Source: Octopus vulgaris (taxonomy: Eukaryota). From it: a DNA stretch of 64,000 bases. This document shows positions 1-13,974 of the stretch, in pieces. The stretch is from positions 35,836,001 through 35,900,000 of the forward strand of contig OX597835.1 in NCBI GenBank assembly GCA_951406725.2, read 5' to 3'. Position 1 is the stretch's first letter, and every line of letters starts with the position of its first letter. The notes below the pieces were generated by a model. That model was not told the origin of the DNA. It was given only the letters and a program-made list of their open reading frames with translations, and did no database searches. A program made the position numbers and the translations under genes.

Positions 1-84
1 CCCATTGTGAGGTTTGCATTCAATGATGCTTTTTATCTCTTAAAAATTCATTATCCAATTATGTACATTATTTTTGTCAAGATT

Positions 85-300
85 AAGGCGGCAAGCTGGC
101 AAAAACAACTTAGCACGACGAACAAAATGATTAGTGATATTTCTTCGGCTTTACATTCTCAGTTCAAATTCGAAGTCGACTTTGTATTTCATCCTTCGGA
201 CTCAATAAAATAAGTATCAGTTGAGCTGTGGGAACGATGTAATCCACTTGTCCACCTCGCATCCAGATTTGTGACCTTGTGCCAAAATTAGAAAGAATTA
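85..300 (+). mobile_element. SINE-like dispersed repeat (family B, 'aaggcggcgagctggcagaa...'), degenerate copy
   Basis: Similar to copies at ~41677, ~47760, ~51929 and the reverse copy at ~43960-44185; shares the gagttcaaattc box-B-like motif and the gtcgactttg...catccttt core. Confidence 0.6.
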
Positions 301-640
301 TTCTCGTCATGAGTATCAACTCAATAAACGAACAGAAATATTCTGCGATATTGAATACCTTGAAACATTCCTTCGCGAAAAACTCAATGGCTGCAGGTAT
401 CTTCTGCTTGGAAGCCATAATAAGGAAAGGAAGAAGAGTTACTATATAGAGACTTAATCTGACAAATGCGTAATTTGAACGACGTAATCCAGACAATAAA
501 AAGTTATACCGACCTATTCATAACTTTCAGATAATAGTGCCAGGTATTATCGAATTTTGTTTTCAAATACGTGAAAATCAAATAGTATGGTTGAGGGAGG
601 AATACATACTGTGAGATAGACACATTTTTATGTGTGTATA

Positions 641-1440
641 TACAGGTTGTCCCCAAAGTATCTATACACACTTTAGCAGCTGATAACTCTACTGATGTTT
701 TTTTCCATACTAAACACATTGGAATTAATGATGGCAGTCGGACTAAGCTTTGAACAAAGAAAATCTATTCTAAAATGCTATTGGAAGTGTGAAAACGAAT
801 TTGAAGAGCAAAGACAGTTTAGGAGGGAGTTTCAAACAGATCCACCAACGCGACTTACAAGTACTCGACTTAGAGACAAGTTTGAAGCCGACGGAACTGT
901 TCAGAATGCCCAAGAGAAGCGTTCCGGAAGACCACCAGCATCGATAACCCACACAAAGCAAGAAGGAGTGCTGGAAACGTATCACCAAAGTCCAAGAAAT
1001 TCTGTGTGGCAAGCGAGTCGTGAGGTAAGTATTTCAAAATCGTCTGTCCAACGCATTTTGAAGCGTTGTCAATGGAAAAGTTACGTTCCGAGATTAGTCC
1101 GTACTATTAATGACGATGATCCAGACCAAAGAGTGCAGTATTGTGAGTGGTTCTTGGCACGATGGGTAGAAGATGCACACTTTCCAACAAAGACTGGAGT
1201 GATGAGGCCACATTCAAATTAAATGGTTCAATTAACCGCTACAATAGCACCTACTGGAGACCTGAGAATCCGCATGTTATGGTGGAACACCATGTTACTT
1301 TACCAGGAATTACAGTGTGGTGTGGATTATCATCAAGAGGATTAACTGTACCGTTCTGTTTTTCATGCTACTATGATTGGTCCCGTTTACTTGAACTTGC
1401 TGCAAACATTAGAAATTTAGAAGATGAGGAGTTTTATTTT
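641..1440 (+). mobile_element. Truncated Tc1/mariner-superfamily transposon (HTH + start of DDE domain), frameshifted
   Basis: TA-flanked left-end-like sequence tacaggttgtccccaaag at ~641; ORF 695-1222 gives an HTH ([33 protein letters not shown]), continuing in another frame as [35 protein letters not shown]; no right TIR seen. Confidence 0.85.
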
Positions 1441-1456
1441 CCTTTTCAACCTTCTA

Positions 1457-1517
<61 letters not shown>

Positions 1518-1519
1518 AA

Positions 1520-1550
<31 letters not shown>

Positions 1551-1653
1551 AATAAATATATCAACATATGTAGTGGCAGTAGTAGCAGAAGCAGAAGCAG
1601 AAGCTGTAGTAGCAACAGTAGTAGAAGCAGTAGTAGCAGCAAAAGTAGCTCTT

Positions 1654-1731
<78 letters not shown>

Positions 1732-2240
1732 ACAGCAGCAGCAACAGCTCCAGTAATAGTCAAAGAAGATGAAGGAAATGGAGGACGAAAAGAAGAAGAA
1801 GAAGAAGAAGAAGAAGAGAAAAAAGAAGAAGAAAAAAGAAGACGAAGAAGAAAAAAAGAAAATGAAGAAGACGAAGAAGAAGGAGGAGGAGGAGAAGAAG
1901 AAGAAGAAGAAAAAAGAAAAAGAACAAGAAGTAGAAGGGGAAGAAGAAGAAGAAGAAGAAGAAGAAGAAGAAAATGAAGAAGAAAACGAAGAAGGTCAAG
2001 AAGAGGAAAAAGAAGAAGAAAAAAGAAGACGAAGAATAAAAAAAGAAAAGGAAGAAGAAGGAGGAGGAGGAGGAGAAGAAGAAGAAAATGAAGAAGAAGA
2101 AGATGAAGGAGAAGAAGAAGAAACAGAAGAAGAAGAAGAAGAAGAAGAAATAGAAGAAGAAGAAGAAGAAGAAGAAGAAGAAGAAGAAGAAGAAGAAGAA
2201 GAAGAAGAAGAAGAAGAAGAAGAAGAAGAAGAAGAAGAAA
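1457..2240. repeat. Compound microsatellite block (CA)n-(GTA)n-(GAA)n
   Basis: Directly visible simple repeats. Confidence 0.95.
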
Positions 2241-2418
2241 GACGATGATGACAGCGACGACGGAAAGTGATAAGTGTAAGACGTGGAGAATTGTATGGAG
2301 AAAAGAAGCGTAATCGATAAATCAAAGGAAACCATAACAATCGCAAACATGTCAACCAAAATTTCGCTCACGTTTTCCATTTATCTATAGGTACACACAT
2401 ACACATACACATACAGGT

Positions 2419-2458
<40 letters not shown>

Positions 2459-2534
2459 GCATACAGGTACACACACAAAATATGTGTACAAGTACGTATA
2501 TCTATCTATCTATCTATCTATCTATATATACATA

Positions 2535-2567
<33 letters not shown>

Positions 2568-2597
2568 GGCTGTATAAGCGCATGCGTGGCTGTTATT

Positions 2598-2968
2598 GGC
2601 GCCGGAGTGGCTGTGTGGTAAGAGTCTTGCTTCGCAACCACATGGTTCCGGGTTCAGTCCCAGTACCTGGGCAAGTGTTTTCTACTATATCCTCTAGCCG
2701 ATCAAAGACCTGTGAGTGGAAACTGAAAGTTGCCCATCGTATACATGTATATACATGTATATGTACATATTTGTATCGTTGTTTGTTCCTCCTACCGTCA
2801 CTTGGCAACAGATGTTGATGTGTTTACGTCCCTGTAACTTAGCGGTTCGGCAGATAGAATAAGTACTAGGCTTACAATGAATAAATCCTGGGATCGATTT
2901 GTTCGACTAAAGGCGGTACTCCAGCACGGCCGCGGTCAAATGACAGAAGCAAAAGATAAAAGAATAAA
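2598..2968 (+). mobile_element. tRNA-derived SINE (family A, 'ggcgcaggagtggctgtgtggtaag...')
   Basis: Box A/B-like head (tggctgtgtggtaag / ggttcagtccc); homologous to 18196-18605, 32257-32615 and reverse 51013-51394; ends in an aaagataaaaga tail. Confidence 0.8.
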
Positions 2969-3013
2969 TATGTGTGTGTATATATATATAAATTTCTTGT
3001 ATGTATGCGTATG

Positions 3014-3057
<44 letters not shown>

Positions 3058-3409
3058 AATATATGTACACACACACGTATGTACGTAAGTGTATGAGTGT
3101 GTGTATAAAAGTTTTGACACATAAAACAAATAAACAAAACTGAACATCGCACCTCAGGTGATGGCTGAAATATATCACAGTGGTTTCGCACCCTTACGAC
3201 AGGCCCACTTATGTTACTGGGGTTATGAATGTACAAAATTTGATGCCATGGAAAAGATAGTGAAGACGAGGTATAAGAGAGTGTTTAAACACGGTATTCT
3301 ACGCCTTTTATTCAAAGCGTAGCAGTTTCAGAAACCAAGGTTTGAGAGAAGAATTATGAAGACGTGCACTTGAAATGTATTAGTTTGACGCTCAGTAAAA
3401 TGAGAGTGT

Positions 3410-3444
3410 TTCTGACGTTTCGAGCATAGCTCTTCGTCACAAAG
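3410..3444 (-). ncRNA. Degenerate minimal hammerhead-like motif in a PLE pseudo-LTR fragment
   Basis: Minus strand reads cttt-GTGACGAA-GAGC tat GCTC-GAAA-CG-TC-agaa; homologous to 35646-35680 and 43539-43575. Confidence 0.45.
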
Positions 3445-3565
3445 GAAAACGGACAAGTCCAAAGAAGGAAAAATATCACCAATGGCATGTGGGTGGTTAC
3501 ACTGCATACATATTATCACTTAACTTTGCAACCATGATCATTCAAGTATACACACACACACGCGC

Positions 3566-3609
<44 letters not shown>

Positions 3610-3617
3610 GTATCTAT

Positions 3618-3648
<31 letters not shown>

Positions 3649-3657
3649 CGTATCTAT

Positions 3658-3730
<73 letters not shown>

Positions 3731-4440
3731 CTTATATATACACACACTCTTCACGTATGCATATTTTCGCATTGCTAGAATGCTTATTTATGTGTGATAG
3801 TTTGTGATGTTATGCCTGTGTTGTATCACGTGATTGTACATAGATCATGTGACTGGTTAAACAAGTAAAATAATGTCTAATTTTTTTTTGTTATAAATTA
3901 CACTTTCGATTTTTTTGTAATTCAATAATTAATATGAAAAAAAATATGTTGTTCTCTTTGAATCTTGGACTCCTTGCAAGTGCATATGTTTACTCCTGGA
4001 CACACACAAAATGGATCGCACGTATACATACATTCTTACATACGTACATATACACATTCTTACATACATATATATGTGTGTGTGCGCGCGTGTGCGTATG
4101 CGTGCGTGCGTGTGCGTGTGTGAGTGTGTGTGTGTGTGTGTATAAATGTGTGTATGTATATGCGACCGGGTATATCTGATGCGCACGTGTATACTGTTAC
4201 GCATGTACATATAACAAAAACAACAATAATAAAAAAAAAATAATAATAATAATAATTATAATTATAATGATATTAATAACAACAACAACAACAACAATAA
4301 TAATATATGAATCATCGATTTGGAATATGAATCTATCTATTCAAGATAAATCCGTTATAGAGACCCAACGTTTCATGATTCTTAATGTAAATACTGCTAT
4401 CTATGTATATATATATAATACATACATATGTATATGTATA

Positions 4441-4536
<96 letters not shown>

Positions 4537-4780
4537 GTAAATATGCAAGTATATATAACACCCCTTTCATCCAGCCAGCCATCTATACATAGATAGCCAC
4601 GTACAATCATTCACTGATCTATCTCACTTGTCTGATAAAACCATTTACCTGATAATATATCCGCCACAACCATAGTATGTCCAAACATCTATAAATGCAC
4701 CCTTAGACATATGCACATACACACACACACACACACACTTATACCTATATATATGTATGTATATATGTGTGTATGTATGC

Positions 4781-5197
<417 letters not shown>

Positions 5198-5289
5198 CAT
5201 ATCTATGGTTGTGTGTGTCTGTGTGTGTGTACTTAAATTCATCCACACACATACACACGCATACACATGCAGAAACACATGTTATGTGT

Positions 5290-5320
<31 letters not shown>

Positions 5321-5741
5321 CGTACACACACACAAACACATATACATACATATATATACATATACATGCATCCCCCACCACATCTATTTATCTAACCGAT
5401 TTATTTTGGCAAATGAAAAACTCTCGGTTCTTTGGTCACCATTATGGCTCTGGTGTTTATTATCGGAGTTAGTGACGTCATGCTGGGCAGTAATTTCCAC
5501 CGCTTGTAATCCAGCTGTCCTGTTTATCGTTTTACTATTATACACTCGTCCATCTATTGGCTACTTCTGAATACAGAGACGCATTAAGATGCTATTAAAC
5601 GCCTGTAGGTTTTTCGGAAGATCCGTGACGTTTAATTTGTTTCTCTTTTCCTCCATTTTTTTTTGGTTTTTATTATTTATTTTCTCCTTATATTTCTTCT
5701 TTTTACTTTCTCTCTGTGCATGTGTGTGTGTGTGTGCTTCT

Positions 5742-5786
<45 letters not shown>

Positions 5787-6047
5787 TGTATGTGAGCATG
5801 TGTGTGTGTATTTGTGTGTGTTACGTGTTCTTGTATTGTAATGGCGAAATTGATATCTCACTTCCTAGCTAAACACTCTGAAATAGCTGTCTGTTTGTCA
5901 ATATATGTGCGTGAACATATCTGCGCAAGTCTGTGCGCGTGTCCATATATGGTCATGTACACACGCACACACACATATATATATATGCACGCATACTCAT
6001 ATACACATGCACTTATACACGCACACAAACGCATATACTCGTGTATG

Positions 6048-6080
<33 letters not shown>

Positions 6081-6081
<1 letters not shown>

Positions 6082-6365
6082 GATGTGCAATGACCCAGTG
6101 GTTAGGGCAGTGGACTCGCGATCGTAGGATCGCTGTTTCGATTCCCAGACCGAGCGTTGCGAGTGTTTATTGAGCGAAAGCACCTAAAACCTCCACGTAA
6201 CTTCGCCAATGGGTGGTGGCGAACCCTGCTGTACACTTTCGCTACAACTTTCTCTCACTCTTTCTTCAGTTGGCCTGCTTGCTAGGCCAGCAGGGTGTCA
6301 TCATTTGAAGCGCATTGTGACTAGCGATGTGTGGCAACATCTGATATCCTGGTCGGTCACGTGAT
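6081..6365 (+). mobile_element. tRNA-derived SINE (family C)
   Basis: Head cagtggttagggcagtggactcgcgatc...ttcgattccc; similar heads at ~31585 and ~61471. Confidence 0.65.
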
Positions 6366-6371
6366 TACGTG

Positions 6372-6440
<69 letters not shown>

Positions 6441-6827
6441 GGTATGTATGCATTCACACGCATGCACACACACTCATATACACATATATCCACAAATGGC
6501 GGTGCCCCAGCATGGCCACAGCTCATGAGCTGAAACTAGAATCAATCAATCAATCAAACTGGGAAACACACATACAAATACACATACACACATATGTACA
6601 TACACATACATGCTGGTGTAAAACCGTGAATATTATAGTCGAACAGTTCATCCACAGCACATACTTATTTTAAGTCTGGTCCTGTTTATATCGATTTCTT
6701 TTGTCGAACCGTTAAGTTACAAGGACACAAAGAAACCAACACCGATTGTCAAGTGTTAGGTGATAATAAAAACACACAGAGCTGCACACACAGGGGCTAT
6801 GTTTAAACATGCCCCATCTGATATCCC

Positions 6828-7950
6828 GTGGAAGACCATGGCTTTAATGAGCTGCATATTCGGTATTGTATGGTTCACGAGATTTTTAAGGGCAACAATG
6901 CAACAGAATCAAGGGAAAACGTAAGTACCTTATATTCTGATGGTGTGAGTGCTTGGGAACGCCAAAAATGTTTTAATAAATTTAAAAACTATGTTTTCGA
7001 TTTTTTGAATGGGTATCGATGAGGGCGACCAACTGTTTTCAATCACAATGCAGTGAAAACAGCAATTGAAGAGGATCCGCGCCAAAGTACATTGGTGTTA
7101 TTTTGAAGGCTTGATAAACCTTTGTCCACTGTGAAAGATCACCTGAAGCAGATTGGAAAAATGTATAGGCAAATAACTTTCTAAATAACTTAATTGCATC
7201 TGAAAAAGGCTGAGGTAAACCCATTAACTCCACCTTATTTGGCCCTTTACGTAACTGAAAATACCTTAAACCTTTTCGCTCCAATAACGTAAAAAAAGCA
7301 ACCGCCAATAATGCAGAAATACATGCAACCACATACGAAATCAATTCAACAAACATTACTAAGAGAAAATAATACAAATTTCAAATGGGCCCTCAACAGG
7401 TTGTCGCCCGAAAATAAAGGAGGATGTTTAACGGTTTGCAACAATTTGCTAATCAATAATAAATAAACGCTTTTTCAAAAATGAATTCAAACAGACAATT
7501 AGAAAAACATAGTCTAAAGTGCCGGATGCTAATGCGAAATATTTAGTCCATGCCAGCAAGAAACTTAAGAGGCTGTGACTATCGTCAAATGAAAATCTAG
7601 ATTCAGCATTCAAACATGATCTTGCTATGGGCTTTGCGGAAAACAATAAGTATTGTTCTCTTCGAATTATTGGAAAAGAAATGAGAATTACGATAGAACT
7701 TAAATGTACCAATAAAATGTTGCTCAAAAAAAAAAAAAGCTCTAGTGAACAGAAAGGGAGACTTCTTGGAATGGGACGTCCGTCCATCAGAGGATTACCG
7801 AAAAGATAAATTCATTAGTGTGGAAAGTTCTGCCTCACCGTCTCCCCTCATCAGAGCTAGCACCAAATTTCCATTTTTCAGGTCCCTTGAACGCTTTATC
7901 AGCGGTGTATTGTATGGAAGAAAGGGACGACGTTGAAACTGCATTCCAAA
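6828..7950 (+). pseudogene. Decayed mariner transposase interrupted by a NUMT
   Basis: HTH-like ELHIRYCMVHEIFKGNNATES..; [11 protein letters not shown] before the insert and KWALNRLSPENK (WVPHEL-like) after it; WKVLPHRLPSSELAPNFHFFRSL (HPPYSPDLAPSDFHLFRSL-like) at ~7820-7890. Confidence 0.75.
7171..7380 (-). pseudogene. ND1: Nuclear mitochondrial insertion (NUMT): 5' end of nad1 plus a short upstream piece (possibly 3' end of trnL)
   Basis: From ATG at 7356: [56 protein letters not shown](AGA)K, the conserved ND1 N-terminus; AGA fits Ser in the invertebrate mitochondrial code. Confidence 0.92.
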
Positions 7951-9275
7951 CATTCTTCTCTTCTTAAGAAACTGATTTTATTTTAACTTGTGAGAAAATA
8001 TTACGATTATGCTTTGAATATTTTGCATATACGTACGATATGTTTTCTGCTGATTTGAACTCATTGCATGAAATGCTGTGTGGCGTGACCATATTCTTTC
8101 AGTTTCCGCCTACCAAATCCATTCATAAGACTTTGGCCGGACCATGGCTATAGTAGAAGACACTTACCCAAGGTGCCACGCAGTTGGATTGAACCCGGAG
8201 CCATGTGCTTTGGAAGGAAACTTCTTACCATACAGCAACGCCTGTGCCTATATATTATGTTATAAATTATATAAAATATATATTATATGAAATTAAAATC
8301 ATCGCTATCTCACGTTAGAAATTATGGCAGGCAAAAATAAGCCGCCTAAATGTAATTTATGAATCTTATTGTTAGTAATTAAGAGCTAAATGTAAAGGTA
8401 ATTGATACTACTCGACAGAGTCTTTATAGAATCGGTTTAAATAAGAAGTTCCTCCGCCAAAATACGGTCAATTAATCCTTAATTCATCAGATCTATTAAT
8501 AATATCATTCGTGCATTTTAAGATTTCCAGCAGTTTCAAACATCATCGACAACTGTCTTCAAACATGCTTTGATATGGTCGAGTATCATACTTGGTGCCT
8601 GAGATCTTCTGTACTAAAGCCTGTTTTTCCAGTACCAGCCTTCATGAGCGGAATCACGATGATTCATGATACCACTGGATAGATATGTTTTAACTATTCC
8701 ATAATTCACAATCCTATTTTGCTATCCTCTCTTGTGCTTGACAGACTCTATTCTTACCACTTTACCTTTCTTAAAATCTAGTAATTCTGGTTAGAAAGTT
8801 CAATTGTTGACGATCTGTTCATTAATCAACATATGACTGCTGGCTTCTATATTTGGTAAGAGCGATGAGTTGAGAGATGTGTAACATATTACATAATTTT
8901 ATAATAGTAGAGTTTACTGCATGTATGACTGTCACGGCTATACGTCACCATAAAGACACACGAAACAATTACAACAGTGTCAGATAACCTTTGCATCTGT
9001 ATAATTACACAAGCACAAACACATATACATATATATATATAGTCGTAATGGTTCAAATAGGAGAAATAGGACTCAGAACACACACAGAGGCAATTATGCA
9101 GATAAACAATTAAATACAATAGCTTGTCCCCATATTTACTCACCGTGATTCCTCTCATAGCCACTCTTTACCCCGCGAAATTGGTCTCTCGTAAAGACAT
9201 CAGAGTCTCGGACCGAATCATTTGAGTGTTTCTAAGCTATTTCTATACCAAGAATCTCTGGATCTCATTTGTTAA

Positions 9276-9311
<36 letters not shown>

Positions 9312-9314
<3 letters not shown>

Positions 9315-9386
9315 GATAAATATCAGAGTTAGTTATATACAGTAGCGGTAACACATCGTGACGTATTTTTGCCATTTCAATATGGC
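9312..9386 (-). repeat. Inverted 75-bp copy of the start of the 353-bp unit (PLE-like inverted pseudo-LTR)
   Basis: Reverse complement matches 9740-9814. Confidence 0.9.
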
Positions 9387-9558
9387 ATTTCAATATGCCA
9401 TTTCAATACGTCACGATGTGTTACCGCTACTGTATATAACTAACTCTGATATTTATCATTGTTTGATTTCACTTTTTCAATATCAGCGACAGTGGACGCT
9501 GGAAAAAGTATAAGTATTTGTGAAGGAAATTCTAATTCTCGGCGACAACTATGATTGT

Positions 9559-9603
9559 CACACGCTGACGAGAGGTCAATACCTCGAAACTCGAGTCCGT
9601 GTG
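9559..9603 (+). ncRNA. Type I minimal hammerhead ribozyme, copy 1
   Basis: CACACG-CTGACGA-GAGGT caat ACCTC-GAAA-C TCGA G-TC-CGTGTG: stem I 6 bp, intact core, stem II 5 bp, palindromic stem III, GUC cleavage triplet ending at 9597. Confidence 0.9.
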
Positions 9604-9911
9604 TATCATAAGTTGAAGACGGGAAGGATGACTTCCCTTTGCAAATACTGACAGGACACAGAAAGTGTGTCTATGGCCAGCTGGAGGAGTGTGTCCTCCT
9701 GGGGCTAAAAACTACAGTAGCATCCACCCTTAGGGGTTAGCCATATTGAAATGGCAAAAATACGTCACGATGTGTTACCGCTACTGTATATAACTAACTC
9801 TGATATTTATCATTGTTTGATTTCACTTTTTCAATATCAGCGACAGTGGACGCTGGAAAAAGTATAAGTATTTGTGAAGGAAATCTAATTCTCGGCGACA
9901 ACTATGATTGT

Positions 9912-9956
9912 CACACGCTGACGAGAGGTCAATACCTCGAAACTCGAGTCCGTGTG
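9912..9956 (+). ncRNA. Type I minimal hammerhead ribozyme, copy 2
   Basis: Identical to 9559-9603; predicted cleavage after 9950. Confidence 0.9.
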
Positions 9957-10264
9957 TATCATAAGTTGAAGACGGGAAGGATGACTTCCCTTTGCAAATA
10001 CTGACAGGACACAGAAAGTGTGTCTATGGCCAGCTGGAGGAGTGTGTCCTCCTGGGGCTAAAAACTACAGTAGCATCCACCCTTAGGGGTTAGCCATATT
10101 TAAATGGCAAAAATACGTCACGATGTGTTACCGCTACTGTATATAACTAACTCTGATATTTATCATTGTTTGATTTCACTTTTTCAATATCAGCGACAGT
10201 GGACGCTGGAAAAAGTATAAGTATTTGTGAAGGAAATCTAATTCTCGGCGACAACTATGATTGT

Positions 10265-10309
10265 CACACGCTGACGAGAGGTCAATACCTCGAAACTCGA
10301 GTCCGTGTG
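10265..10309 (+). ncRNA. Type I minimal hammerhead ribozyme, copy 3
   Basis: Identical to 9559-9603; predicted cleavage after 10303. Confidence 0.9.
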
Positions 10310-10473
10310 TATCATAAGTTGAAGACGGGAAGGATGACTTCCCTTTGCAAATACTGACAGGACACAGAAAGTGTGTCTATGGCCAGCTGGAGGAGTGTGT
10401 CCTCCTGGGGCTAAAAACTACAGTAGCATCCACCCTTAGGGGTTAGCCATATTGAAATGGCAAAAATACGTCA

Positions 10474-10513
<40 letters not shown>

Positions 10514-10577
10514 TTTATTTCATAATGAGATAAAAAAAAACCCAGGCTGTGTGGATTTTAGAACATTTATAGATAGG

Positions 10578-10629
10578 GTCTTACAGCTATTTCCAGGATA
10601 TTTATCAGTTATATCTCTTCATCGGAGAC
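10578..10629 (-). ncRNA. Variant hammerhead-like motif
   Basis: Minus strand GTCT-CCGATGAA-gaGATAT aactgataa ATATCctg-GAAA-TAGCTG-TA-AGAC; stem I GTCT/AGAC, near-palindromic stem III, U4>C change. Confidence 0.5.
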
Positions 10630-11189
10630 GATGTGAGACGATGGTTAAGAAATAATTAATTTGGATAAGATATAAAATAGAGAGTGAGGTGGAGGAAATA
10701 AAAGAAAATAGATGTGAGGTATGTAGGGATATTGCATTTGTAGATCCATTTTTTAAGGCAGAATGATATACATATAATATTCCACTACCTTATGAGTAAA
10801 AACCAATATACATTACTATATATATATGTATATACCAATAAAATTATGCAAATTGCATGTGAGATGGGGATGGGGGAGAAAAAAAGAAATGGAGATGGAA
10901 AGAATAAAAGAGAGAGATCAGGAAAGATTGAAACGTGAGTGAGTGAGAAATATTGATAAAAATGCCGCTGTTACTAGATCCACTAAAAAGTATAAATATG
11001 AGCAGAGCGATCCATAGTGATTTAGTAGTATGTATATTATTGATTAAACATCATCAAGGTATCTACGAAACTATGGCTGATAGTATGTGAAGTAATGAAC
11101 TCCTGTTGGATTTAGATGTACAACTGTTGCCTAAATATATACATTATATATATATATTATATATTACATATACATACACACATATATAT

Positions 11190-12644
<1,455 letters not shown>

Positions 12645-12684
12645 TAAGAAAGTTGGTTTGTGAAAGCACGTGGGTGAATATACA

Positions 12685-13974
12685 GAAAAAAGTAAAGAGT
12701 GAAAAAACTACAGAAGGCTTAAATGTTAAAAAATATATATATTTGCGTCAATATGTCTGAAGAATATTAGAAAATTTTTAAAAAATTGTTTTTCTCTTAT
12801 AATGACATAATTTAAAAGAAAGACCGGTTTCGCATGTAGCTTTTCAAATTTCTTGCGACGTTATGTTTATGTTGAATAGAGTTTTCATTATGTTTATGTT
12901 CAGGAGAGTTCTAAATAAGGGAAGGTAGTGAGTGATTTCTTCCGGTGTAAGGGAGATAATCGCTTAAATTTTTTTCCTTTCCCTTGGTGTGAATTTCTCT
13001 GTATTAGTATGTTCGGATGGTTGAGTCTGGGCTTGTATTTTTCAATGAAGAATGTTTCCTTGTTTAGTCTAATTTGTGTTGATGATCCGAAAGCACATTG
13101 GTAAAATGGAAAGATTAAAAATTGTGGTAGTAGTTGCTTTGCGCATTTTTCAATGTGCTCACTAAAAGGTATCATTCTGTATTCTGGGAATGCAATCTGT
13201 TGTCGATGCAGTGTGCATCTACGTCTGAGTGATAGTCCCGTGGAACCCACGTAGTCTTGGTGGCAGCCCGAGCATTTTATGACATAAATTATGTTTTCAG
13301 AGGCACAAGTAAAGTTAGATTTGATCTTGAAATTCTGTCCCTCTTTAAAGAGGAATTCTGAACCTTCTAGCAGGTTAGGGCATGTTGCACAGTCCGATCT
13401 ACCACATTTTTTTACTTTTGCATCCATAATTTCAGAAGACAATTTTGCCTTTGTGAGAATCTTTTTAAGTGATTTAGGCTGTTTGTAGCTTTTAATGATT
13501 TGGTGTATGCTTAGAATTTCCTTTAATTTGGGGTCTTTATGAAGTATTGGTAAATTCTGGGTGATGATGGTGAAGGCTTCTTTGTTTCTAGGGTCGTATG
13601 TAGATATGTAAGGTAGTATTTTCGGGGAAGGTGTGTTGTTGTGTTGAACTTATCCGAACATACTAATACAGAGAAATTCACACCAAGGGAAAGGAAAAAA
13701 TTTTTAAGCGATTATCTCCCTTACACCGGAAGAAATCACTCACTACCTTCCCTTATTTAGAACTCTCCTGAACATAAACATAACGAAAACTCTATTCAAC
13801 ATAAACATAACGTCGCAAGAAATTTGAAAAGCTACACGCGAAACCGGTCTTTCTTTTAAATTATGTCATTATAAGAGAAAAAATTTTCTTTTTAAATATT
13901 CTTCAGACGTATTGACGCAAATATATATATTTTTTAACATTTAAGCCTTCTGTAGTTTCTTCACTCTTTACTTT

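Larger units (their letters stand above)
9405..10476 (+). mobile_element. Tandem array of ~3 x 353-bp units, each with a hammerhead ribozyme (retrozyme / PLE pseudo-LTR array)
   Basis: Units nearly identical with period 353 (HHR cores at 9565, 9918, 10271); the whole insertion is flanked by (TA)n on both sides. Confidence 0.85.

Noticed and set aside
7039-7377. Functional nuclear ND1 gene
   Set aside because: Only ~60 codons of ND1 fused to antisense mariner sequence; conserved glycines changed; it is a NUMT
9813-10357. Repeated 63-aa ORF in the 353-bp units
   Set aside because: TTG start, frameshifted in the first unit, no recognisable motif; overlaps the ribozyme
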